NCBI GenBank assembly: GCA_963771885.1
Contig: CAVYVF010000002.1
Span: 128,001 to 192,000, forward strand
Direction of reading: 5' to 3'
DNA: 64,000 nt
From: Candidatus Bathyarchaeota archaeon
GTDB lineage: Archaea > Thermoproteota > Bathyarchaeia > TCS64
The position numbers and the translations under genes are program-made. Below the pieces are notes generated by a model. That model was not told the origin of the DNA, ran no database searches, and saw nothing but the letters and a program-made list of their open reading frames with translations. This document shows positions 10,467-19,099 of this stretch, piece by piece. Each line of letters begins with the position of its first letter. Positions within the stretch are counted from its first letter, which is position 1.

Positions 10467-10925
10467 ATGAAGTTGATGACTAAAGCCCGGCTCAAGTCTC
10501 CATGGGTCCTCCACTACGACACCGGTAGCTGTAACGGCTGCGATATCGAGATACTCGCCGCCCTCACACCAAAGTTCGATGCTGAGAGGTTCGGCATAGT
10601 CAACATTGGTGACCCTAAGCAGGCGGACATACTACTCATCACCGGGCCGGCGAACCATCGTAACAAGACCGTCCTCAAGAACCTTTACGATCAGATGCCT
10701 GAGCCAAAGCTAGTCATGGCGATCGGCGAATGCGCGTGTTCGGGCGCGATATTCCACAACTGCCCCAACACTCTCGGAGGCGTCGACAAAGTCGTACCCG
10801 TTGACGTCTACGTCCCCGGCTGCGCAGTACGACCTGAGCAGATAGTCGATGGCGTAATCCTAGCGCTAGGGAAACTCGCTGAGAAGAGCGAGCAAATGGA
10901 GCAGAAGGAGAAGAAGGGTGAGTAA
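10467..10925 (+). CDS. echC: EchC ([NiFe]-hydrogenase small subunit, NuoB-like)
   Basis: GSCNGCDIE, IGECACSG, YVPGCAVRP. Confidence 0.92.
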   Translation: MKLMTKARLKSPWVLHYDTGSCNGCDIEILAALTPKFDAERFGIVNIGDPKQADILLITGPANHRNKTVLKNLYDQMPEPKLVMAIGECACSGAIFHNCPNTLGGVDKVVPVDVYVPGCAVRPEQIVDGVILALGKLAEKSEQMEQKEKKGE

Positions 10926-10926
10926 G

Positions 10927-12723
10927 ATGACTGCACCAGCACAAACAAGCCTTAGCAACACGATCGATGATACAGTCGATAAGAACAATCTATTCTTCAA
11001 CCTAAATGAGCTGAAGGGATCGGGAGCCCGCTTCCTAACCATCACGGCACTCGACCTCGAAAAGGACTTTGAGCTAGTATACCATTTCGAAAAAGGCTCA
11101 AATATCATCAACCTTCGCCTAAAGTCTCCGAAGAAGGAGACCTTGCAGAGCATCACGACAGTCTATCCGATGGCTTTCCTCGCCGAGAACGAGTTACAGG
11201 ATCACTTCGGCATCAAGGTATCCGGACTCAACGTCGATTTCGGCGGCAAGCTACTACGTGTTGAGACCGCTGAGCAGGATACTTTACTCAAGCCGGCGGT
11301 TGGTCCGGTTCCATTCATAAAGAGGTTCTGGGGGAAGTGCCGCGAGGAATGCCCAGCGAACGTGAACGCGCCAAAGTACATCCGCCAGATAGTCGAGGGA
11401 AATCCAAAGGGAAGTTATAGCACTATTATCGAGCAGGCACCGTTGCCAGCAATACTCGGCAGGGTTTGCTTCGCCCCCTGCCAAGAGGGATGTAGACAGG
11501 AGAAGAACGACCACCCCATACAGATACGCCTCCTCAAGAGGTACGCCGCTGATTCGATCGGCAGGCTCAAGAGGGATGTATCCAGAGCTAAGCCGACCGG
11601 TAAGAAGATCGCCGTCATCGGCGGCGGCCCATCCGGAGTCTCCTGCGCATTCTACTTGGGGATGCTGGGCCACGACGTGACCGTCTTCGAGAAGAATGAC
11701 AGGTGCGGCGGCGCCATGCTTTGGGGCATACCCAAGTACAGACTCCCCAAGACCGTTATGGAGGAGGAGATCATTGCCCGCTTCGAGGAGGCTGGCGTGG
11801 TGTTCGAGAAGGGTAAGGAGATCAATAGCCTCAAGCCCATCTTGGACAAATTCGACGCCGTCTACATCTCTATAGGCGCCACCGACAGCTACAAGCTAGG
11901 CGTCGAAGGCGAGGACGCTAAGGGCGTCATCGACTTCCGTGACCTCCTCACTGAGGTCAACATGAGAAACAAGCACCTTAACGTTGGCCAGCGTGTAGCC
12001 ATCGTCGGTGGAGGGAATAGCAGCATCGATGCCGCACGCGTCGCCAAGAGACTCGGCGCTGCAAACGTTACACTGTACTATAGGCGCACTGAGAAGGAGA
12101 TGCCCGCGTCACCGCTAGAAATCCACGGCGCACTACAGGAGGGCATCAACTTCGAATACCTCACCGCGCCGGTCAAGATCATACCTGGCGAGCCCCTCAA
12201 GATGGTCCTACAGCACATGGAGCTCGGCGAACCCGACGAGTCCGGGCGTCGCCGTCCCGTCCCAGTAATCGGCAGCGACTTCACAATTGTTGTTGACACA
12301 ATCATCAAGGGCATCGGCCAGTCAGTCGTTATCCCGAAGGACTTCAACGTTGAGGTATCGCGCAGAGGCACGATAGTTGTCAACGACAACTACGAGACGA
12401 GCGTCAAGAACGTATACGCGGGCGGAGACTGCGTCTTTGGTCCCAAGTCCGTCATCGAGGCACTGCGCGATGGGCGTCTAGCAGCGTCCGTAATAGACAA
12501 GAGCTTCGGCGGCAACGGCTGGCTCGTTCCCGGCGTCGACATCAACGAGTACGTCGGCAGGGCACCGAACATCGACGAGATTAGGTTCCAGGAAGTAACA
12601 CAGGTGAGAGAGCTAGAGCCCGAGGAACGGGTTAAAAACCTCGATGAGGTTGAGCTAGGATACAACTCCGCAGAGGCGCTTCGCGAAGCGCAGAGATGCT
12701 GGAGGTGCGACTGGAATGAGTAG
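10927..12723 (+). CDS. EchD/NuoC-like domain fused to a GltD/NfnB-type FAD/NAD(P)H iron-sulfur oxidoreductase
   Basis: N-terminal FELVYHF...AENELQDHFGI, then CREECPANV, GRVCFAPCQEGCR, GGGPSG, GGGNSSIDAAR, YRRT and C-terminal EAQRCWRC. Confidence 0.85.
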   Translation: MTAPAQTSLSNTIDDTVDKNNLFFNLNELKGSGARFLTITALDLEKDFELVYHFEKGSNIINLRLKSPKKETLQSITTVYPMAFLAENELQDHFGIKVSGLNVDFGGKLLRVETAEQDTLLKPAVGPVPFIKRFWGKCREECPANVNAPKYIRQIVEGNPKGSYSTIIEQAPLPAILGRVCFAPCQEGCRQEKNDHPIQIRLLKRYAADSIGRLKRDVSRAKPTGKKIAVIGGGPSGVSCAFYLGMLGHDVTVFEKNDRCGGAMLWGIPKYRLPKTVMEEEIIARFEEAGVVFEKGKEINSLKPILDKFDAVYISIGATDSYKLGVEGEDAKGVIDFRDLLTEVNMRNKHLNVGQRVAIVGGGNSSIDAARVAKRLGAANVTLYYRRTEKEMPASPLEIHGALQEGINFEYLTAPVKIIPGEPLKMVLQHMELGEPDESGRRRPVPVIGSDFTIVVDTIIKGIGQSVVIPKDFNVEVSRRGTIVVNDNYETSVKNVYAGGDCVFGPKSVIEALRDGRLAASVIDKSFGGNGWLVPGVDINEYVGRAPNIDEIRFQEVTQVRELEPEERVKNLDEVELGYNSAEALREAQRCWRCDWNE

Positions 12724-13855
12724 CCAACACAACCACGGTGCCTCGCTGGCACGAAAGGAATACACAGTCTTCCCATTCGGGCCGCAGCACCCCGTGCTGC
12801 CCGAGCCCATACAGCTGAGGTTCACACTCGATGAGGAAAAGATAGTCGACGTTGTACCTCAGCTCGGTTACGTTCACAGGGGCATCGAGCGCGCCGCTGA
12901 GTTGAACGACTACAAGCGCAACGTCTTCCTTTGTGAACGCGTCTGTGGCATCTGCAACTACATCCACGGAATGACCTACAGCATGGCGATAGAAAAGCTG
13001 ACGGACACCGAGGTGCCCGAGAGGGCAAAGTACCTTAGGGTGATCTGGACGGAACTCGGCCGTCTGCAGAGTCACCTACTCTGGCTCGGCCTCTTCGCTG
13101 ACGCGATAGGGTTCGAGAGTCTCTTCATGCAGATCTGGCGCGACAGGGAGGTTATACTTACCCTGAATGAGAAAACTAATGGCCACAGAATACACCTCTC
13201 TACAAACGCCATCGGAGGGGCGAGGAAGGACATCGACGACTCCCTTGCTAAGGAGTATCGGAAGGACCTTGAGATTGTACGCTCAAAGATTAGAGTTCTC
13301 GAGCCAGTCTTTTACAAGGACAAGTCCTTCAGACAGCTCACTGAGGGCAAGGGCATACTCCCAAAGAGTCAAGCCAACCTCATGGGTGCTGTCGGTCCCG
13401 TGATAAGGGGTAGCGGCGTCGCCCAAGATATGAGATCCCTCGACCCGACATTCAAAGCGCTCGACTTTAAACCCGTCGTCTACGAGAGCTGCGACAGCTA
13501 CGCGAGGACTCTAGTCCGTTTCGACGAGGTCTTCGCGAGCATCGACCTGATAATCAGGGCGCTTGACCAGATGCCCGAGGGTCCTATCCTTAACAAGAAT
13601 GAAAAGTTCCCCGAGGGTACAGCCATAGTGAGGACGGAACAGCCTCGTGGAGAACTATTCTACTACCTCGAAGGGAACGGCACGAACAAGCTTAGTCGAG
13701 TCAAGATCAGGACACCGACGGGCGCAAACATTCCCCCTCTAGTGTCGATGCTCATCGGCCACGAGCTGCCTGATATCCCCGTCATCGTGCATAGCATAGA
13801 CCCCTGCATAAGCTGCACTGAGCGCTACGTGCAAGTTAGGAAGGAGGCGGACTAG
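12716..13855 (+). CDS. echE: EchE, group 4 [NiFe]-hydrogenase large subunit
   Basis: FGPQHP, GYVHRGIE; L1 ERVCGIC; L2 DPCISCTER. Confidence 0.93.
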   Translation: MSSQHNHGASLARKEYTVFPFGPQHPVLPEPIQLRFTLDEEKIVDVVPQLGYVHRGIERAAELNDYKRNVFLCERVCGICNYIHGMTYSMAIEKLTDTEVPERAKYLRVIWTELGRLQSHLLWLGLFADAIGFESLFMQIWRDREVILTLNEKTNGHRIHLSTNAIGGARKDIDDSLAKEYRKDLEIVRSKIRVLEPVFYKDKSFRQLTEGKGILPKSQANLMGAVGPVIRGSGVAQDMRSLDPTFKALDFKPVVYESCDSYARTLVRFDEVFASIDLIIRALDQMPEGPILNKNEKFPEGTAIVRTEQPRGELFYYLEGNGTNKLSRVKIRTPTGANIPPLVSMLIGHELPDIPVIVHSIDPCISCTERYVQVRKEAD

Positions 13856-13856
13856 G

Positions 13857-14195
13857 ATGCCGGAGATGTGGAAGGAAGTCCTCAAGAACCTAGTAAGTAA
13901 GCCTGCGACCGTCAACTACCCGTTTGAGAAGCCTACGCCGATGCCGGGGACGCGTGGCGCCCTCACCTGGGATATGAGCAGGTGCGACCAGTGCCAGGAC
14001 TGTGAGCGTGTCTGCCCCAGTATGGCAATCAAGGTTTTCCCCGAGGAGAAGAAGATAGAGTACCACCCATTCAAGTGCCTCTTCTGCTACATCTGCATCG
14101 ACAACTGCATGCAGCAGGCCATCATCGGGACCGAAGTCGTGCGTGCGCCTGAGACCTCGAAGGTCGTCGAGACCTACGAAGTCTCAAAAGCGTAA
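13857..14195 (+). CDS. echF: EchF, 2x[4Fe-4S] subunit (NuoI-like)
   Basis: KPATVNYPF; CDQCQDCERVCP; CLFCYICIDNC. Confidence 0.9.
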   Translation: MPEMWKEVLKNLVSKPATVNYPFEKPTPMPGTRGALTWDMSRCDQCQDCERVCPSMAIKVFPEEKKIEYHPFKCLFCYICIDNCMQQAIIGTEVVRAPETSKVVETYEVSKA

Positions 14196-14280
14196 GTTTT
14201 CTTCTCTCGAATTAGTCGATCGTTTTTATTTTAAGTTGATTTTCCGTAAAGCCATAATTGGGGATGTTGAACCCTGAGAA

Positions 14281-14682
14281 TTATACAGAGGCTTTGCCCG
14301 TGAGGAACTCTATGATCATCTGAGGCGACCCCTCGATCTCGACCTCTATCGGCCCAAGCGGGGACTTGCTTGCGTGGTAGATGCTGACGTGGTTCGCGTA
14401 TGCTGCCTGCCTGTTTAAGTGGAATGTGACCTTCTCGTTCTTCGCCGCCCAGCGGCTGAGCATTGCGCGGGCGGCGTCCCTTATCTTATCGCTGGCTATC
14501 CTTTGCTTTAACTGGCGGAGTGCGTCGATGCCCTCAGCCTCGAGGACGATGTAGGTGACGCCGTGCTCCTTGCTGCGTCTGAGGGGAAAGTTTCCAAACA
14601 GGTTTGTAATTGCCCTCTCTAGCTTCTCCTCGCTCTCGGTGGGGTTTATGTGCGCCTTGGCGGTTACCCTGACCTCAGCCAT
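14281..14682 (-). CDS. UPF0201/DUF54 archaeal RNA-binding-like protein
   Basis: INPTESEEK...AITNLF; LNRQAA; typically paired with UPF0200. Confidence 0.8.
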   Translation of the reverse strand: MAEVRVTAKAHINPTESEEKLERAITNLFGNFPLRRSKEHGVTYIVLEAEGIDALRQLKQRIASDKIRDAARAMLSRWAAKNEKVTFHLNRQAAYANHVSIYHASKSPLGPIEVEIEGSPQMIIEFLTGKASV

Positions 14683-15223
14683 TCCTTATCGTCACCATGA
14701 TCTCGTCGAAGGCGGGTTTTAGGCTGCCGATGCCGTCGTCATTCTTGATCATGTAGTCGCTTGAGGCGATGGCGTCCCCGATGCCGAATCCGAGCTCGCG
14801 GCGCTCTCGCTCCTTGAACTCCTCCCACGTCTTCGGGTCGTCGCTGCGGCCCCGGCGTGTGAGCCTCTTGTAGCGGCTGAGCGGGCTAGCCCAGAGGGCG
14901 ATGAGGACGACGTCGAACTCCGCCTTGAAGGCGTCGACCTCGGCGATGCTTCTAATGCCGTCGACGACTATGAGGCCGTCTGGCCCTTTCTTCAGCATCT
15001 CCACGCATCGGCGGGCAACAGCGTCTGGGCCCTCCTTCCTAATCTCCTCTGCGAGGTGCCCTATGTTCTCCCGCGTGGGCTCTAGCCCTTTGCTCTTGGC
15101 GAGTTCGCGGATGACATCTCCCATGGTGATGACACGTAGACCCGACTCACGGATCAGAGTAGAAAGCGTAGTCTTTCCGGAGCCGGCCATCCCTGTCAGG
15201 AGGATGAGTCGTCTCCGGGTCAT
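14675..15223 (-). CDS. UPF0200 P-loop kinase (dephospho-CoA kinase-like)
   Basis: GMAGSGKT, MGDVIRE, VDGIRS, RGRSDDP, RELGFG. Confidence 0.85.
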   Translation of the reverse strand: MTRRRLILLTGMAGSGKTTLSTLIRESGLRVITMGDVIRELAKSKGLEPTRENIGHLAEEIRKEGPDAVARRCVEMLKKGPDGLIVVDGIRSIAEVDAFKAEFDVVLIALWASPLSRYKRLTRRGRSDDPKTWEEFKERERRELGFGIGDAIASSDYMIKNDDGIGSLKPAFDEIMVTIRNG

Positions 15224-15225
15224 CC

Positions 15226-15993
15226 TCAGCCCATCCTCTCAAGCCCGTCTCTACGCGTCTTAATGAAGACGTTTGTGAGACCCGTCTTTAGAGCTTCCTG
15301 GGCGAGGCTCATCATTGTCTCCCTGCTAGGCGGTTGCTTCTCTTTAAGGGTTTGGCTGAGGACCTCGCCAAGGTTATCGAACTGCTGAAGGTAGTAGACG
15401 GCGCAGCGGCCCTTTATTGACTGGGCTATGCTGGCGATGTAAGCTGGCTCGTCGCTTAATCCCGGGGCGACAGTTGTACGCACCTCCATCTGAATGCCCA
15501 GCTCCTTTGCAAGGTCGAGGCAGTATTCCACGGCTTCGACTGATGCCTCGCCGAGGTCGTTTCGTCCTGTGACCCTGCCGTAGTCCCCAGGATTTAACGG
15601 CGCTTTGACATCGAGGGCGACGCGGTCTATGTAACTGCTTCGGAGAATTCTGTCGAGGTTCTCCTTGACGCTGCCGTTCGTATCGAGCATAACCTTCAGG
15701 CCGCGGCTCTTTACCAGCTTCGCCGCCTCGATTATAGCGTCTGGCTGTAGGACGGGTTCACCTCCGGTGAAGACGACCGCATCGTTAATGACCTTGTTCG
15801 CCTCGAGGCGCTCTTTGAGCAATTCGAGATCGATCTCCCTGCCCGCGTCGAGTGAGATGAGAGCTGAGTTCTGACAGTATGGGCACCTATAATTGCAGCC
15901 GGCACAAAAGACGATTAGGCTGACGTTGCCATACCAGTCGACGGTAGACATGTCAGTTATACCGCCGACCCGGAGCCTAACCTCTGGGTTCAT
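15226..15993 (-). CDS. Radical SAM activating enzyme (anaerobic RNR activase NrdG-like)
   Basis: GCNYRCPYCQN, TGGEP, LDTNGS, LDVKAP, EVRTT. Confidence 0.82.
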   Translation of the reverse strand: MNPEVRLRVGGITDMSTVDWYGNVSLIVFCAGCNYRCPYCQNSALISLDAGREIDLELLKERLEANKVINDAVVFTGGEPVLQPDAIIEAAKLVKSRGLKVMLDTNGSVKENLDRILRSSYIDRVALDVKAPLNPGDYGRVTGRNDLGEASVEAVEYCLDLAKELGIQMEVRTTVAPGLSDEPAYIASIAQSIKGRCAVYYLQQFDNLGEVLSQTLKEKQPPSRETMMSLAQEALKTGLTNVFIKTRRDGLERMG

Positions 15994-15996
15994 TTG

Positions 15997-16401
15997 CTAA
16001 CTGATTGATCTTGGTTCCCCTTTAAAGGGGTTGGGCTCGTCCGCGCGTACAGGTGCGGTGCCGCCAATGATGCTAATGTGGGCAAAATCCTCGCCGATAG
16101 AGCCGTGCCAATGGCTCTCCCCGGCAGGTATGAAGAAGACCAGCCCCGGCTCGGCGGTGTACTCTCGCTCCCTGCTTGCGACCTTTCCCCTGCCGGTTAG
16201 TATCCAGAGGCACTGGTCGTGTTCGTGAGTGTGCCACGTGTTCCTGACCCCTGCGGGGAATGAGACGAGGCTCACGTTGAGGCTCGTCGCCCCTGTCTCC
16301 CTACCGAACACCCTCTTTATAGAGACCTCACCCGTGAATATGCCGCCAGAGGTAGGCTCCTCTTTTACTTCGTCGAGCTTCCTGACCCTCATGCCGATCA
16401 T
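15997..16401 (-). CDS. Cupin domain protein
   Basis: RNTWHTH...Q...HWHG. Confidence 0.82.
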   Translation of the reverse strand: MIGMRVRKLDEVKEEPTSGGIFTGEVSIKRVFGRETGATSLNVSLVSFPAGVRNTWHTHEHDQCLWILTGRGKVASREREYTAEPGLVFFIPAGESHWHGSIGEDFAHISIIGGTAPVRADEPNPFKGEPRSIS

Positions 16402-16503
16402 GAATATATGGGCTGGTTGGATAGTTCAAACTAACGCTCGGGGGAAGGCTTAAACTACGCCTTGTGGGGGTGAGATAGTGGTATCACTCCGGCGGGTGAC
16501 TTT

Positions 16504-16761
16504 GTGGGCGCTAAGAAGCTCCAGCTGACTGAAGACGAACTCCTCTTCCTCGACACCCTTCAGGGGTGCGGCTTTGGACATGTCTCCGAGGGGAAGCTCA
16601 GGGAGAAGCTGCAGGACCATGGTATGGCTGAGTCGACGTACAATACAGTGAGAAGGAAGCTGCTCTTCGCCCGTTTCATAGGTTCGGTCTACGGGAACCT
16701 AACGCTGGAGAAGCCGGATTATAAGCCGTTAGAAGCCGAGGCTGATGAGCAGACCGGTTAG
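16504..16761 (+). CDS. Small hypothetical protein (possible winged helix)
   Basis: 85-aa ORF; ESTYNTVRRKL. Confidence 0.45.
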   Translation: MGAKKLQLTEDELLFLDTLQGCGFGHVSEGKLREKLQDHGMAESTYNTVRRKLLFARFIGSVYGNLTLEKPDYKPLEAEADEQTG

Positions 16762-18351
16762 TAGGCACGTTACTAGCGTGAGAAGTAGCGCTACGATCAG
16801 GTGTTTCCTCATTATTGTCGATTCGACCTCCTTACCGGCGGCGACGCAGGCGACGGCGTTGTTGATTTTGGAGGGGGTCACGGCGCTTGCGACTCCGCCG
16901 GCGACTGCGTGGCTGCCGTATATAGTCATGAACTGGTTCGGCGCTAGCCCGAGGCCGTCGGCGGCTGTCTTCTGGATTCTGTAAAAGAGGACGTTCGACG
17001 TTGTCTCGGATCCACCTACTATTGCGCCGAGGAAGCCTAGGCTGGCGGAGACATAGATGTACGCCCCGCCAAAGACGAGCGCGAGGGTCTCCCCGAGGAC
17101 CTGGTTCATTGTGGAGCCCGACATGACGAAGCTGACGCCAAAGTAGACCATGATTGTGAGTATAGGCGCAGGCGTACGCTTTAGCCAGAGGTTGAAGCCC
17201 TTGGTTAGTTGCTCCTTCGTTGGTTTGAGTGTTGTGAGGCTTATTGCAGTGGCGATGAATATCCAGGTGTATATCTGAGAGAGGATGTCGAGGTCGACTG
17301 TCTGAGTACCTATCTTGAAGACCTCGATGGTTCCGGGCGCATTTGAGAGGTAAACTCCAATCGCGGGGAGGCTTACGACGGCTGCGAGGAGGGTCAGGAT
17401 GACTAGGGGTGAGAAGCTTCGCCATATCTCGCCGCGCTTGATGTCTTCACCGGTTACGGCGACGGCGTCCTTTCCCTGTGTTGCTCTGTCGTAGATCGTC
17501 AGTGCGACCATGGTGAAGAGCCCTGCTATGACGCCGACTATTCGGAGTGGGATCAGCTCGTAGCCGAGGACATAGTCTACGCCCGCGCTGCCCAGACAGG
17601 CTCCTGCGAGGGCGAGTCCGCAGATAAGGCCGGGAACGAGCCCTTTCCTCATTGACTTGGTTCCGCCGATGAGCCAGAGGATGGCGAATGCGAAGCCTGT
17701 TGAGATTACTGGGAGGAAAACAGCTATTTTAAAGGCGAACTCGATGGGGTTTAGGCCGAAGAGCTGGCTGGGCAACGTGATGGGTATGCTGAGGAGGCTG
17801 AAGCTTGTGGTGGGGTCGTAGCCTAGGACGGCGATGCTGATGGCGGCGAGCTGGCTGAAGCCCATCGCGGCGAGGAGTGGTGGGAAGAGTGCTGGTGTGA
17901 CGACGCCGAGGGCGGAGAGGAAGGAGCCGAAGCCGACTCCTATGTAGAGCGCCTGCAGTTCACTCCCCGCGACCTGCTTCTTAATGACCGCTGAGATGGT
18001 TCTGAGGGCGCCTGCCTCCTGCATTATGTAGATGAGGAGCATCGTGGCAGCTACTGTGAAGGCTATTCCGAAGCTCTTCAGAAAGCCGACGATGGTTGAC
18101 ATGCCCGCGTCGAGGGGCGAGTTACCGAAGTTTGTGACGGCTAGTACAACAGCGAGGATGTAGCCGACGAACGCCATGTTGAGGCTGCCCTGTCTAAGGA
18201 ATGCGACGCCGATGAGAACGACGATCAGTGGGAAGAAGGCGAGTAGGAACTTCGCCGTTGGACCAGTTGTCATATATGCTGTTGCGATGGCGAGTACGCC
18301 GACTACGGCGATGACCGCTAACGATATCTCCCTGACTCTTTTCTCCTCCAC
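16729..18351 (-). CDS. L-lactate permease (LctP) family transporter
   Basis: Multi-TM; LGFLGAIVGGSETTSNVLF; TPSKI. Confidence 0.8.
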   Translation of the reverse strand: MEEKRVREISLAVIAVVGVLAIATAYMTTGPTAKFLLAFFPLIVVLIGVAFLRQGSLNMAFVGYILAVVLAVTNFGNSPLDAGMSTIVGFLKSFGIAFTVAATMLLIYIMQEAGALRTISAVIKKQVAGSELQALYIGVGFGSFLSALGVVTPALFPPLLAAMGFSQLAAISIAVLGYDPTTSFSLLSIPITLPSQLFGLNPIEFAFKIAVFLPVISTGFAFAILWLIGGTKSMRKGLVPGLICGLALAGACLGSAGVDYVLGYELIPLRIVGVIAGLFTMVALTIYDRATQGKDAVAVTGEDIKRGEIWRSFSPLVILTLLAAVVSLPAIGVYLSNAPGTIEVFKIGTQTVDLDILSQIYTWIFIATAISLTTLKPTKEQLTKGFNLWLKRTPAPILTIMVYFGVSFVMSGSTMNQVLGETLALVFGGAYIYVSASLGFLGAIVGGSETTSNVLFYRIQKTAADGLGLAPNQFMTIYGSHAVAGGVASAVTPSKINNAVACVAAGKEVESTIMRKHLIVALLLTLVTCLLTGLLISLGF

Positions 18352-18405
18352 GGAAAATCCCCTGAAATACCCAAGAATGGGGGCTAGCTAGATAAGACTT
18401 GGCGC

Positions 18406-18804
18406 CTACATCTTCTTCACTGCTTCTCGCTCAAGCTTCCTGATTAGGTGCTTGAGGTGGTCCTTGTCCTCGCGCGTAGTCTTGAACTCTGCACTATGAG
18501 GGCAGACTGAGTCGAAGACGAACTTGTGTAAGTCCATGTCGTAGATGAGTGGGTACATCCTGCAGCCCTGGGGACGGCATTCGTAGATGCGACACCTGCC
18601 CTCCTCGAGGAAGACGCACTGTCTCCCCTTGTTCTTCAGTCGGGTCTCGCCCTCGGCCTTGACGGTGAAGTCCGCTCTCTTGAAGCCGAGCTTCTCGATG
18701 TCCTTCAGGTCGTCATCTGTTAGTGGCATCTCGGTTTCGATACAGCAGGCGACGCAGTGGTGGCGCAGACAGGGTGAACCGTCTGATAATTTGCCATCCG
18801 CCAT
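18406..18804 (-). CDS. YkgJ/UPF0153 cysteine-cluster protein
   Basis: CVACC...CVFL...CRIYECRPQGCRMYP. Confidence 0.85.
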   Translation of the reverse strand: MADGKLSDGSPCLRHHCVACCIETEMPLTDDDLKDIEKLGFKRADFTVKAEGETRLKNKGRQCVFLEEGRCRIYECRPQGCRMYPLIYDMDLHKFVFDSVCPHSAEFKTTREDKDHLKHLIRKLEREAVKKM

Positions 18805-18893
18805 CCGAAATCACTTAGCAGACATGGCGTCTGCTCGGTTATCAACCTGCGTATGGAGACTCGGGGTTAATAAGAGGGGTTGAGCGACGTCTT

Positions 18894-18992
18894 CTAGGTG
18901 TGCTTCGCCGCTTCCTTATCCTTCTTCTTCTTTCTCTTCTCTTCTCGCTCCTTCTTCGTCAACGGCTTGTTCTTGGCGCTGTGCATTCCCAT
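18894..18992 (-). CDS. Small Lys-rich peptide (32 aa), absent from the ORF track
   Basis: MGMHSAKNKPLTKKEREEKRKKKKDKEAAKHT; uses the AAG/GAG codons typical of this genome; TTTAT TATA-like element upstream. Confidence 0.5.
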   Translation of the reverse strand: MGMHSAKNKPLTKKEREEKRKKKKDKEAAKHT

Positions 18993-19099
18993 GTTTGTTG
19001 CCTCAGAGATTACTTGTATCTGATAATACATAAAACTATCAACGGATCTCGGGGATCCCCCGCAGAACGCTTATACCGGTTTCACTCGATTTTGGTGCC

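Noticed and set aside
7648..14195. Complex I (nuo) or hydrogenase-less Ehr/Mbx complex
   Set aside because: Both Ni-binding CxxC motifs are intact and the gene order matches echABCDEF.
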